Shown piece by piece: positions 20,066 through 29,872 of a DNA stretch of 64,000 nucleotides. This stretch comes from an uncultured Pseudomonadales bacterium. Its GTDB lineage: Bacteria; Patescibacteriota; Microgenomatia; UBA1400; PJMF01. The notes under the pieces are model-generated. The model was not told where the DNA came from and did not search any database. It saw only the letters and a list, made by a program, of their open reading frames with translations. Each line of letters starts with the position of its first letter. Within the stretch, counting starts at the first letter, position 1. Location: assembly GCA_964457085.1 (NCBI GenBank), contig CAYWDM010000002.1:116037-180036 (forward strand), read 5' to 3'. The translations under genes and the position numbers were made by a program.

Positions 20066-23000
20066 ATGACATTAATGGATGTCCTTGGTTTTGGTGGCGT
20101 CATGTTTCGTGGCTCAAAGAAGTCAGGTGTGGATGGTGTGCCCCCCATGATTCCAGTTGAGATGGGTGACCCGCAGGCAGAGCTACGCAATCTCGGCCCA
20201 GAATCAAAGGTTAAGGGTACTTCATATAACGATCAGCAGAACGAAGTACGAGAGATGATTGATGCTACCAAAGAAAAGCGTTGGCCAGGTTTTTGGTATG
20301 AATTACTGCAGGGTGCATATGAGTACAACGATTGGAATCGGGGATTACCACGGATTTTAGTATATTATGCCGGAGTGGCTGAACCAGTGAGCTTGACTCG
20401 GTTTGTCTCTGATCGTGGTCGATTTTTCCATCGCAAAGTTGAAAGAGTTGAAATCAAAAACTATATTCGAGGCGATACTGGACTACGACCGCATAATGTC
20501 GCCGCAACTCTTCATGAAGAAAAAGATAATCAAGTTGGTTTGAGTGCTCATGGACGTGGGATGAAAATTTCATCCACTGCAGCCGCAGGTCATTTGGCGA
20601 AAGGCATCACTTTTGAGTCATGCGTACCTGGTATTGGTGCTTGGTTTGGTCGTGGTGAGATTGCACGGGATGAGGAGGATCCACGACCTTCAGATACATT
20701 CCAACTGCGGTATAACAATAATCCTGCATTGAGAGCAAAAGAGACCATTTTTACCGTACTTGAACCAAATAGTGCTGCTTTGAAAGCCTTGTCTGATTTA
20801 CCCAAATGGTTTTTACCCACGAATCCCGCATATCCAAGCTATCGTCTTGATGCAGAGCCAACCGCAACACGACCCAATAAAACTACTATATATGCTAACC
20901 AAAAGTTTGTGGGAGCTGAGAATAGTCTCGCTTTCTCTGAAAGAGAATTAAATTTATTTGGAAATAGTGGATTAAAATCTGAAGCTAATGCAGTTGAACC
21001 TGCTCGGGTTGAAATATTACCGGATAACTTGACTGGAAAGCGACGGGGCAAAATCGACTACGTATATGTTGATGGATTGCGAGTGGCAGTTGAGGGTGCC
21101 CAGTTTGCTAATGTGTATGCCTTTTGGGGGTGGGGCAATGGTGATCATGGTTTTAATCCGCGTCGTTCCAATGATTCCTTGAAGTTGGCAAATGCAATGA
21201 ATTTTTTACTAGGTGCCACGTTGTGTCGTTGTCCAAATCCTGAGGTATTTTTATCCATTCTACGTTCAAATTTGAATGATAAGGCCACCTTTGAAGGGGG
21301 TACCGGCATTTTTGAAAGACATTGGTACGACCTTTCAAAAAGTATGACTGGTGAAGCAAAAGCTGCCATGAGTGCTGCTTGGGGTCAGTTGACTACCGAA
21401 ATTGGTGTCAAAGGCAGAGTGTATGTCACATCTGAAAAAGAATCAAAGCAACGAGCCAAGCGAGAGAAAAAACCAACCATTTTGATGCAGCAGAACTGTT
21501 TAGCAATGTTGATGGTATCGAGATCTGATCTAAGGACTGTTGAGTCGGTGTTTGAAGATGAGGCCAAGGATGCAGAGGCACGTGAGGCTCAATTGAAATG
21601 GGAGAAAGATAAATTAATTCGTGAAAAAGAAGAACTGAAAAAAGAGGCTAAAAATAGAGACGAATATCTAAAGTTAGAGGCGGCAAAGGAAGCCGAGGCT
21701 AACGCCAAAAAGCGAACTGGTATTAAAGAGTATGCCGAAAGTACTGGAGAATTTCTCCGAGTGGCAGCACCCGATGATCCATCAATTGCAGTTGAGATGG
21801 CAAAAATAAATTTAATTAATTTATTTATGCTCAACCAAGGCTCTTTTAAACTAGAAAAAATTGGCCTTTTTGCTAAAACCGGGAAATTGGTAATTGATTT
21901 GCAGATGCCTGAGCTGGTGACGCTGCCGAGAAATGTTAAAGACATGGGACCGGTTGGTGATTTTGTGTTAAATTTTTTAGCCGCTGGTTCCACGACTGCT
22001 ACAGCCGAGGTGAGGTATGTGCGCAATTCAGAGGGGGTCTATTTTCATTTAGGTCGGTCGATGATTGACGAAAGGATTGATAAGTTTGGTAACTTCAGGA
22101 TTTTTGTGAATCAGGGTTCACTAGACATGACCGACAAACATCTAGTGAGAATCACACTCGATTTAGGAGAAAATGATGAGACAAGATTTAACGGTGAAGT
22201 GGCAAAGATATTTGAGTCATTGCAAAAGGCTGATGGCACTCCTGATGTAGATCGGTATCTGGAAAGTCAGTATTACCATGATTTTCCACCAGGTGAAGAT
22301 AGGCTTAAAGAAAAACGCAAAATGGAAGCGGAGCTACAGCAATACGAAAAGCACTTAGCTGAAGAGAATAGACGTCGACGTCGTGTTGGCCTGCCGCCAT
22401 TACCGAGCAAATACAATGCCAAATCAAGATTTGGTGGGCATGACGAGTTTGAAGATGAACCTGCATCTGGAGGAAGAGCCAAACTCCCCGCACAACGTGA
22501 TCGCAAAACCTTAGATCGTATTAGACGTTCTGAAGAACGAGCGATCGGTGATTCTGGTATCGATATCCAAGATGCGATCTTATCGCTGATGCACCCAGAT
22601 GCCAGGCCAGGAATTACTACGCATGGCACTGAGAAGCGACGGCGCATGGTACAAGAATCACTGTCTGGAAACGAGCGGCTTAGAAATGAAGCTGCAGCTC
22701 GGGCTAGGGAGATTTTTAAGCGACAATTGATCCCAGATTGTTCGATGTCGTCTAGTGAGTTTAGTCGGGTGAGACCATACCTTATTGACCATATCGACGA
22801 TGAAAACTTTGGCACTGACGATTACGACATCTTGAGTGGTTTTGAGTTTGGCCAGTTGAGTAATTTGCCCAAATTGAGGTTCAATAAACCAATTGGTTCC
22901 GGACTAGGCTCACTCCCTTGCCCTCCTGGGTACAGGCCAGTTGGGTATTATCACCCAGAGGGCGAGATTAAAGGACTGCATTTTTCAGGAAATTTTGAAC

Positions 23001-24136
23001 GCAATGTTTTTGCCATCTCATTACCTCGTGGTATTGATAAAGGCCTAACGGTCTACTATCGAAAGTTGAAATCATTTGCTGATACCACAGAGCCGACGGA
23101 AGAAAATCGTCGTTGCAGAGTGAAGGTGGAAACATTAAATGGTCCATGGTCTGAGCTGTTGATTGCATTACGCGATAGTCCTTTAAATGAAAAACAAAAA
23201 GCCGACATTATCATTCGAGCTTGGTCTCAGCGGGGCTTTATCTATGATAAGTCAGAGGCAGGACATCGTAAGTACGACCCGTATGGCTCGATTGATAGCC
23301 CTGAGTTTATGAGTGCTATTCTTAATTTTGGAAATGGTACTTGTGGGCATGCGGAAAAAGGTTGGCAGGGTGCGGGGACTGCTTGTAACTTGGCGGTTCG
23401 AAAAGTTACCAGTTATCTTGCTGGTGCTAATGGCGGTTTCTCGATGCGTGAAAATTTACATGGCTTGATACAGGTCTACATTAAAGATAGGTGGGTATTG
23501 GTAGAGCCACAAGTCGGATATATAGATCCTGGATATGAGTTAGAAGAAATACCAGCTCCATATCGTGAGAAATTTACTCGTTTGATTGAGGCGATACCTA
23601 ACGCAAAAGTTACTTCCCCAGAGCGTTTATCAGCGTTGCCAGATGTGCTTTCTGAAAACACAGAAAATTACACCAGCATGATGGAAGAATTAAGAATGAA
23701 ATATGATGAATATTTTGGTGATGGAGAACAGCTCACGCTCAGTGACTTGATGGTAGCTGTGCGTTCCGGTTTTGTCCAATTTGACAAACGCAAACTAGCA
23801 CTCTCACTTGCTAAATATTCAGCTCTAACCTTAGCTGGGGCATTTGCAGTACATGAAATTACACCAATGATTCCGAAGTTAGCTGAAATGACATTACAGC
23901 TTTTGGACTCAATTCCTCCAGAAAAATTAAGAAATATAGCAATTGGAACCATAGTGTCCATAGTCGCAATATCATATTTAGGTACCGGGAAGATTGGATT
24001 TGAGATCGGAAAATATATTGAAAGTCGTCGGTTAAGTTTAGCTTTTGCTTCCGATGAAACAGCAGCACTTCCAGATAGTTCAAGTGATGGTGGTGAAGAG
24101 AGCCCTTTGCCTGCGATACTACCAGTAGTAGACTAG
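20066..24136 (+). CDS. Giant protein B2 (1356 aa), paralog of B1 with a transglutaminase-like Cys/His core and C-terminal transmembrane-like helices.
   Basis: Shares the motifs WPGFWYELLQGAYEYNDW, IRGDTGLRPHNV, SAHGRGMKISS, YAFWGWGNGDHGFNPRRSNDSLK, GNGTCGHAEKGW and LHGLIQVYIKDRWVLVEPQ with B1. Confidence 0.7.
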   Translation: MTLMDVLGFGGVMFRGSKKSGVDGVPPMIPVEMGDPQAELRNLGPESKVKGTSYNDQQNEVREMIDATKEKRWPGFWYELLQGAYEYNDWNRGLPRILVYYAGVAEPVSLTRFVSDRGRFFHRKVERVEIKNYIRGDTGLRPHNVAATLHEEKDNQVGLSAHGRGMKISSTAAAGHLAKGITFESCVPGIGAWFGRGEIARDEEDPRPSDTFQLRYNNNPALRAKETIFTVLEPNSAALKALSDLPKWFLPTNPAYPSYRLDAEPTATRPNKTTIYANQKFVGAENSLAFSERELNLFGNSGLKSEANAVEPARVEILPDNLTGKRRGKIDYVYVDGLRVAVEGAQFANVYAFWGWGNGDHGFNPRRSNDSLKLANAMNFLLGATLCRCPNPEVFLSILRSNLNDKATFEGGTGIFERHWYDLSKSMTGEAKAAMSAAWGQLTTEIGVKGRVYVTSEKESKQRAKREKKPTILMQQNCLAMLMVSRSDLRTVESVFEDEAKDAEAREAQLKWEKDKLIREKEELKKEAKNRDEYLKLEAAKEAEANAKKRTGIKEYAESTGEFLRVAAPDDPSIAVEMAKINLINLFMLNQGSFKLEKIGLFAKTGKLVIDLQMPELVTLPRNVKDMGPVGDFVLNFLAAGSTTATAEVRYVRNSEGVYFHLGRSMIDERIDKFGNFRIFVNQGSLDMTDKHLVRITLDLGENDETRFNGEVAKIFESLQKADGTPDVDRYLESQYYHDFPPGEDRLKEKRKMEAELQQYEKHLAEENRRRRRVGLPPLPSKYNAKSRFGGHDEFEDEPASGGRAKLPAQRDRKTLDRIRRSEERAIGDSGIDIQDAILSLMHPDARPGITTHGTEKRRRMVQESLSGNERLRNEAAARAREIFKRQLIPDCSMSSSEFSRVRPYLIDHIDDENFGTDDYDILSGFEFGQLSNLPKLRFNKPIGSGLGSLPCPPGYRPVGYYHPEGEIKGLHFSGNFERNVFAISLPRGIDKGLTVYYRKLKSFADTTEPTEENRRCRVKVETLNGPWSELLIALRDSPLNEKQKADIIIRAWSQRGFIYDKSEAGHRKYDPYGSIDSPEFMSAILNFGNGTCGHAEKGWQGAGTACNLAVRKVTSYLAGANGGFSMRENLHGLIQVYIKDRWVLVEPQVGYIDPGYELEEIPAPYREKFTRLIEAIPNAKVTSPERLSALPDVLSENTENYTSMMEELRMKYDEYFGDGEQLTLSDLMVAVRSGFVQFDKRKLALSLAKYSALTLAGAFAVHEITPMIPKLAEMTLQLLDSIPPEKLRNIAIGTIVSIVAISYLGTGKIGFEIGKYIESRRLSLAFASDETAALPDSSSDGGEESPLPAILPVVD

Positions 24137-24160
24137 ATATAAATAAATATACATAAACCT

Positions 24161-24709
24161 ATGGTTACTGAGATGGCTCCAACAAAATCAATAGACGATT
24201 ACTCAGTTTTTGATTTGATTGGTGTTGAGTTAACACCAGAAGAACAAGAAAGCTATATCTTGGAATTAAATGATGAGGTATGGACTCGGTTTATCGAACA
24301 ACGGTTACCGTTTTTATTGACCGAAACTCAGTTGGATGAGCTGCGTGACCAACTTACTGAGACAATTCCATTTGATCAGATATTAACATGGCTGCAGCAG
24401 CTAGCTCCAAACACTCCAGAATTAGTTGCAGAATATACCCGTGATGTTAAAACTGAAGCCATTGAGAAGAGTTTGCTCGCACAATTGGCTCAGTGTGAAA
24501 AAATTCTAGCTAATGAAATTTCTGAAGAACATCGACTGCAACAACAAGAGCGACATGAACGGCTGCAGGCTGCTATTGGCTACGCACAACAGCAACTGTG
24601 GGATGATGTCGATCGTGTCCTCAACAGCTCAGAACCATTTGTGATAGGTAGTGAGGGATATGCAATTAATAAAATCGATTCAGTTGAAGTAGATGAGGAA
24701 TCAAAATAA
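24161..24709 (+). CDS. Module protein C2 (182 aa), paralog of C1.
   Basis: DYSVFDLIGV...ILTWLQQLAPNTPELVAEYTRDVK aligns with C1; same position relative to B2. Confidence 0.6.
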   Translation: MVTEMAPTKSIDDYSVFDLIGVELTPEEQESYILELNDEVWTRFIEQRLPFLLTETQLDELRDQLTETIPFDQILTWLQQLAPNTPELVAEYTRDVKTEAIEKSLLAQLAQCEKILANEISEEHRLQQQERHERLQAAIGYAQQQLWDDVDRVLNSSEPFVIGSEGYAINKIDSVEVDEESK

Positions 24710-24712
24710 ATC

Positions 24713-25321
24713 ATGATTGAAAATAACCAAGCCACATCAGCAGTTGGAAGTAAAATCAATCTGGCAGATGTGCCAAAAATGCCAGAGAATAGTTCGCCAG
24801 GTATCAAAGCTGAAGTTGAAACACACCTGCAGGTGGCGGTTGATACCATTGAACATGCCTTAGCTGCATTACCAAATGCTACTCCACAAGAGATTAATGA
24901 CCAACTCAAAACGATTCAAGGACTTCGTGACCAAGTCAATCAAAAAAACCAGTCCTGGCAACAACGATTAGAAGCAATTCGGGCATTGAATCAACAAATC
25001 AATGCTTTCAAGGCAGGAGCAAGAGAGGCAGCGGATGTACGACCACCAGCAGGGACACTACGAATTAATAGTGCTTCCATGAGGGCTCTTCTTGGTACGC
25101 TTGGCGTTTCATCTTTACCTGCTTTCGATCACGATGTTTTAAGTGCGACCTCAACTATAGGTGTTAATTTAAATCAAGCTGAAGTCGAATCACTTCGAAA
25201 AGAGCGAGATGCTCTCGGTGATGTACCATTAGAGCATACAGGTGCAATGGATTGGATCATTGCCAAACTCGATGAAGCCGCTGAGGCAGTTCGTGCAGCT
25301 GCGAGATTAACTGCAACATAA
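24713..25321 (+). CDS. Hypothetical protein (202 aa).
   Basis: ORF 4 bp after C2, polar/helical. No recognisable motif. Confidence 0.45.
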   Translation: MIENNQATSAVGSKINLADVPKMPENSSPGIKAEVETHLQVAVDTIEHALAALPNATPQEINDQLKTIQGLRDQVNQKNQSWQQRLEAIRALNQQINAFKAGAREAADVRPPAGTLRINSASMRALLGTLGVSSLPAFDHDVLSATSTIGVNLNQAEVESLRKERDALGDVPLEHTGAMDWIIAKLDEAAEAVRAAARLTAT

Positions 25322-25349
25322 TTTGATATCTTAAAAGATAAGGATATAT

Positions 25350-25940
25350 ATGTCTGAAATAAATGGCGTTAAAGAACTCGAATCAAGATTGAGTGAAAGT
25401 GCAAAGCGGAATTTAGATGTACAGCGAAGTGTGTATGAGCACCAAGATGCTGAATCATTACGGGAGAGTATTCAAACATTTAATGCCCAAAACGGATCGC
25501 CTGAAAGTACTTTTGCTTGGCTGAAGCAGCGAGCAGACAATCATCCTAGCGATGTTGGTCATCATGTTGCCCCATTCGATGGTGAGAAATGGGATACGTA
25601 TGCCGCCATGATGTTGGCAGGTCTTGAGGTGGTAGCGACAAATCCTGAGTTGGCAGAGATCGCTCAGCCAGAGCATTTTTTACAGGTGTTGCAGCTCATT
25701 AGCGACCACGTCAAAAATTCAGGATTAAAAATCGGCGAGAAGCTTAAGCTTTTTGGTTCTCCAGCTCAATTAAAAATTGATTGTGCCACATTTTTAGAGA
25801 TGGGAAAAATACTGATAGCTAACCAGAGTAAACTGGAGCCAGAATCAGCCCCAGTATCCGCCCCAGTATCCGCAATTAGCCATCTGGATTTGGATGATGG
25901 CCCTCTGGGTCAACATGGTCAAGGTGTAAAGGTTTCCTAG
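25350..25940 (+). CDS. Hypothetical protein (196 aa).
   Basis: ORF with a short SAPVSAPVSA repeat near the C-terminus. No recognisable motif. Confidence 0.45.
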   Translation: MSEINGVKELESRLSESAKRNLDVQRSVYEHQDAESLRESIQTFNAQNGSPESTFAWLKQRADNHPSDVGHHVAPFDGEKWDTYAAMMLAGLEVVATNPELAEIAQPEHFLQVLQLISDHVKNSGLKIGEKLKLFGSPAQLKIDCATFLEMGKILIANQSKLEPESAPVSAPVSAISHLDLDDGPLGQHGQGVKVS

Positions 25941-26233
25941 TAGTCTTTTTGTTATTTTGGTTACTTCTTATCGAATAGTAGACATTACTACAGCTATTGC
26001 TGTTGTGGCTCTGTTATAATTACCCAGTAAGTAATTTGGCTCGTCAGAGGATGAGTCTAGTTTAATTTTGGAAAACGGTTGAGAATTCAAGAGAGATGAT
26101 GAGGATGGGTGATAACTCCAGTTGGCATTCAAATAGCACAACTCGGACACTTTCATTGCTTGTCTTTTCTCCAGAATGCTCACGTTTTCCCCTAAGTTGT
26201 CAGTGATCTGGCAGCAACACAGAAAGGACTGTT

Positions 26234-28813
26234 ATGTCATATCCGACATACGGTAACACACTCCACCAAGATATTGCGGTGGGTGATAAGGTAGTACATA
26301 TTGAAATTGGCAAGTTCAGCCAACAGGCTGCTGCGGCAGTTTTGGCCACTTGTGGCGAGACCATGGTGCTCTGCACTGTTGGTTTGGGTCGTGAGACTGA
26401 ACTCGGATATTTTCCATTGTCAGTTGAGTTCGTTGAGAAACTCTATGCCGGTGGCATTATCAAGGGTTCTCGCTGGGTGAAGCGTGAGGGTCGACCAACT
26501 GATGAGTCTATTCTCAAAGGTCGAGTCGTTGATCGCACCATGCGACCATTGTTCCCAGATGGTTTAAAGAATGAAGTCCAGATCATTAACACTGTCTTTT
26601 CATATGACGGTGAAAATGATGCTGATATGGTAGGCATGATTGCAGCTTCGGTTGCATTGCAGATCAGTGAGATTCCTTTCGCAGGACCAATTTCTGGTAT
26701 GCGTATTGGCTATCGCAAAGCTGACGGCCAATTCTTGTTTAACCCAACTCAAACCGAGCGCAAAACTAGTGATCTAGACTTGATCGTTTCAGGTTCTGAC
26801 ACTAAAGTAGTGATGGTTGAGGCAGGTGCTAACGAAGTTGCTGAATCAGTGATTATCGAAGCCATCAGTAAAGCTCAAGAAATCTTAGGTGGCGTTTGTG
26901 CAACAATCACCAAGATTACTGAGCAAATTGGTAAGCCAAAATTTGCAGTCAAGACTTTGCCAGCAGAAGACGTGGCTCGCAACGACGCTTGGAAAGCAGC
27001 AATTCTCAAGAACTTCAAAAAAGAGATTCACGACATGACCATGAAGTTGGGTGTTTTGGAGCCAACTGGTGTCGAGGCATTTGTGCCTACAGTGACTGCT
27101 AAACTCAATGAGGGTTTAGATGCTGAAGCTGAGGGTGTGGTTTTAATCACCGACAAGCAAGCTAAGGGTTTTGTGTTTGATTTAATGCAAAAAGAAACTC
27201 GTCGTATGGTGATTGAGGACGGTGTTCGTCCCGATGGTCGCAAAGCCGATGAAATTCGCCCAATCTGGTGTGAAGTTGATGTTTTTGCACGCACTCACGG
27301 TAGTGCCATGTTCAAACGTGGTGCCACTCAAGCAGTTAGTGTTGTGACTTTAGGTAGTCCATCACTTGGTCAATATGTTGAAGATTTGGATGGCGAGTCG
27401 GTGCACCACTATATGCACCACTACAACATGCCTCCTTTCGCCTCTGGCGAAGCTGGTCGCATCGGTTCACCCAAACGTCGAGAAATTGGTCATGGTGCCC
27501 TAGCTGAGCGTGCCATCATGCCAATGTTGCCAACACAGGAAGAGTTCCCATACACCATTCGCGTGGTTAGTGAGATCTTGAGTTCCAATGGTTCAACTTC
27601 TCAAGCTTCAATCTGTGGTTCTACCATGTCATTAATGGCTGCAGGTGTGCCTTTGAAGAAACCAGTGGCAGGTATTGCTATGGGTTTGATGAGTGAGGGC
27701 GACAAAAACGTAGTGCTTTCCGATATCCAAGGTCTGGAAGATCACGATGGTGATATGGACTTTAAAGTGGCTGGTACCAAAGATGGTATTACCGCTTTGC
27801 AGATGGATATTAAGCTCACCGGTTTGAATTCAAAGATTCTCACCGAGGCTTTAGAGCAAGCACGCATCGGTCGCTTACACATCATGGACAAGATGTTAGC
27901 TTGTATTCCTGAGCCAAGAAAACAACTCAGTATCTACGCTCCAAAGATTCAACAGATCACCATTCCAGTTGGAAAGATTGGTGAGTTAATCGGACCAGGT
28001 GGCAAGATGATCAAGAGTATCATCGAGAAATCAGGTGCTGACATCGATGTTGATGAGGACGAAGAGCGTGGCTTGGGTATCGTTAACATCTCTTCACCAG
28101 ATCAAGAAAAGATTGATGTTGCAGTCAAAATGATTGAAGGCATTACTCGAGAAATCTTGGTTGGAGATGAGTTCGACGGTCCAGTTGTTCGAATTGAAGC
28201 ATACGGCTGTTTTGTAAACATCACTCCAGCAAAAGACGGTTTGGTACATGTCAGTGCTATGGCAACTGAATATGTCTCTGATCCAGAGTCTATCGTGAAG
28301 ATGGGCCAAGTGGTTCATGTTCGCGTCAGTGAGATCCAAGATGACGGCAAGATCAAACTCTCAATGTTAACCAAAGAACAAGAAGACGCTGCCAAACAAA
28401 GTGGCGGTAGTCGAGGTGGTTTCGGTGGTGACAGAGGTGGTGATCGCGGAGGTCGCTCAGGCGGCTTCAGTGGTGGACGCTCTGGTGGTTTCGATCGCGG
28501 TGGTGATCGAGGCGGCCGTGGAGGAGATCGTGGTAGTCGAGGTGGTTTCGGTGGTGACAGAGGTGGTGATCGCGGAGGTCGCTCAGGCGGCTTCAGTGGT
28601 GGACGCTCTGGTGGTTTCGATCGCGGTGGTGATCGAGGCGGCCGCAGTGACTTTGGAGGCAGTCGGGGTGGAGATCAGCTAAATCGCGATGCAAGTCGTG
28701 ATTCGAGTCGAGATGTTCAGCCCATCGTCAATGAAAATGCACCTGCAAAATCAGACACCACACGAGATCAGATGAACAACTTAAGTGACATTTTTCAAAG
28801 TAATTTGACCTAA
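26234..28813 (+). CDS. pnp: Polynucleotide phosphorylase with an unusual roughly 145-aa RGG/RGD-rich low-complexity C-terminal extension.
   Basis: Two RNase PH domains, KH (GKIGELIGPGGKMIK), S1 (VVRIEAYGCFVNI), then the GG(F/S)(D)RGG repeats. Confidence 0.93.
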   Translation: MSYPTYGNTLHQDIAVGDKVVHIEIGKFSQQAAAAVLATCGETMVLCTVGLGRETELGYFPLSVEFVEKLYAGGIIKGSRWVKREGRPTDESILKGRVVDRTMRPLFPDGLKNEVQIINTVFSYDGENDADMVGMIAASVALQISEIPFAGPISGMRIGYRKADGQFLFNPTQTERKTSDLDLIVSGSDTKVVMVEAGANEVAESVIIEAISKAQEILGGVCATITKITEQIGKPKFAVKTLPAEDVARNDAWKAAILKNFKKEIHDMTMKLGVLEPTGVEAFVPTVTAKLNEGLDAEAEGVVLITDKQAKGFVFDLMQKETRRMVIEDGVRPDGRKADEIRPIWCEVDVFARTHGSAMFKRGATQAVSVVTLGSPSLGQYVEDLDGESVHHYMHHYNMPPFASGEAGRIGSPKRREIGHGALAERAIMPMLPTQEEFPYTIRVVSEILSSNGSTSQASICGSTMSLMAAGVPLKKPVAGIAMGLMSEGDKNVVLSDIQGLEDHDGDMDFKVAGTKDGITALQMDIKLTGLNSKILTEALEQARIGRLHIMDKMLACIPEPRKQLSIYAPKIQQITIPVGKIGELIGPGGKMIKSIIEKSGADIDVDEDEERGLGIVNISSPDQEKIDVAVKMIEGITREILVGDEFDGPVVRIEAYGCFVNITPAKDGLVHVSAMATEYVSDPESIVKMGQVVHVRVSEIQDDGKIKLSMLTKEQEDAAKQSGGSRGGFGGDRGGDRGGRSGGFSGGRSGGFDRGGDRGGRGGDRGSRGGFGGDRGGDRGGRSGGFSGGRSGGFDRGGDRGGRSDFGGSRGGDQLNRDASRDSSRDVQPIVNENAPAKSDTTRDQMNNLSDIFQSNLT
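28411..28662 (+). repeat. Tandem direct repeat: 126-bp period, about 2.1 copies, 108 bp identical, encoding the RGG tail of PNPase.
   Basis: Sequence 28411-28518 is identical to 28537-28644; a third partial unit starts at 28663. Confidence 0.9.
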
Positions 28814-28832
28814 TGTTTTCTTGAATAGTTTG

Positions 28833-28861
28833 AATTAGAAAAGCCCTCGGCGAAAGCCGAG
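28833..28861 (+). terminator. Rho-independent terminator after pnp.
   Basis: GCCCUCGGC-GAAA-GCCGAGGGC followed by UUUGUGG. Confidence 0.8.
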
Positions 28862-29014
28862 GGCTTTGTGGTTCATACAGGATCCAAGCTTGACTGGTGA
28901 CCAGGAGCCCGTAACTCATTAGTACTGATTCCAAGCAGTAATTTGCGTTATAGTTATTGTGTTAGCGCAAACTCAGCGTCTATTTATTTGGTGTCATCTT
29001 ATTTAATTTGAGCT

Positions 29015-29872
29015 ATGCATATTTCATCTTTATCTTCAGCAAACAGAATGTTCCATTTGCTTGCCCTAGATGGCTCAGCTCGCATGATTGATCGATTTGA
29101 GCTGCCGATGGTTGATCCCGAAACAGATGAAGCAATTAGTAAGATTTTGACTGCAATACAGCAGTTGATCTCACCAAGCAGCTCTGGAGTAGTGATTGAT
29201 CCCATGTATGGTTTTCATTTATCACAGCTTAAGCCTGCTGATGTGGGCATCGCATACCGTTTAGAAAAATTAGCAGCAGAGGTTGATCCATTGGCATTGC
29301 CGATTTTAATTGGTAACTGGGGGATAAGTGCAATTCGACACAACTATGGGGTGGCAAAGCTCGAGTTGTATTATCACCCCAAAGAAGAATGTGCTTTGGA
29401 GAAAAAACAATTAATTGCGGAGTTGTTTGATTACTGTAAACATGAAGGCATCTCGCTATTGCTCAAATTAGTTGTCTACACACCTGCAGATGAGACTTTT
29501 ACGGTGGCGAGCTTCCAGGAAGCACAGTTGGAGGCAGCTCGAGAATTGTCTCCCAGTTGTTCATTGCTAGCATTGCAATTTCCCCAAGATGCATTAGCGT
29601 GTGCCACACTAACCGCTGAGCTTGATGTGCCATGGATCTTAATTGGTGACGACATTGAATATGAGAGTTTTAAAGATATTTTGCGAACTTCCCTCGATAA
29701 TGGTGCAAAAGGATATCTAATAGACGAGGTTTTATGGCGAGAAATGTACCAAATGCGCCAAGAAGATGGTTTTCCTGATTGGACAGCGGTCACGAAGTTT
29801 TTGCAGACCACAGTCAGAGATCGGAGTATCGAATTGGCGAGAATTGTAAATGAGAGTGATGCGGATAATTGA
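29015..29872 (+). CDS. TIM-barrel aldolase-like protein (tagatose/fructose bisphosphate aldolase LacD-like); tentative.
   Basis: N-terminal FHLLALDGSAR resembles the LacD ALAFDQRGAL motif; alternating beta/alpha pattern over 285 aa. Confidence 0.35.
   Translation: MHISSLSSANRMFHLLALDGSARMIDRFELPMVDPETDEAISKILTAIQQLISPSSSGVVIDPMYGFHLSQLKPADVGIAYRLEKLAAEVDPLALPILIGNWGISAIRHNYGVAKLELYYHPKEECALEKKQLIAELFDYCKHEGISLLLKLVVYTPADETFTVASFQEAQLEAARELSPSCSLLALQFPQDALACATLTAELDVPWILIGDDIEYESFKDILRTSLDNGAKGYLIDEVLWREMYQMRQEDGFPDWTAVTKFLQTTVRDRSIELARIVNESDADN

Noticed and set aside
25941-26233. Possible structured ncRNA or long pnp leader in the 290-bp gap upstream of pnp.
   Set aside because: I could not identify any conserved ncRNA signature or convincing promoter hexamers by eye. 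It is probably just the pnp 5' UTR and promoter region.
28411-28662. Possible CRISPR array, because of the perfect direct repeats.
   Set aside because: There are only two 108-bp identical units with 18-bp diverged joints, all in-frame inside pnp. The units are not short repeats separated by unique spacers, and there are no cas genes.
28401-28682. 93-aa plus-strand ORF (AVVEVVSVVTEVV...) overlapping the pnp 3' end.
   Set aside because: It lies inside the 126-bp tandem repeat in an alternative frame of the RGG-tail coding sequence. It is a low-complexity artefact with no start context.
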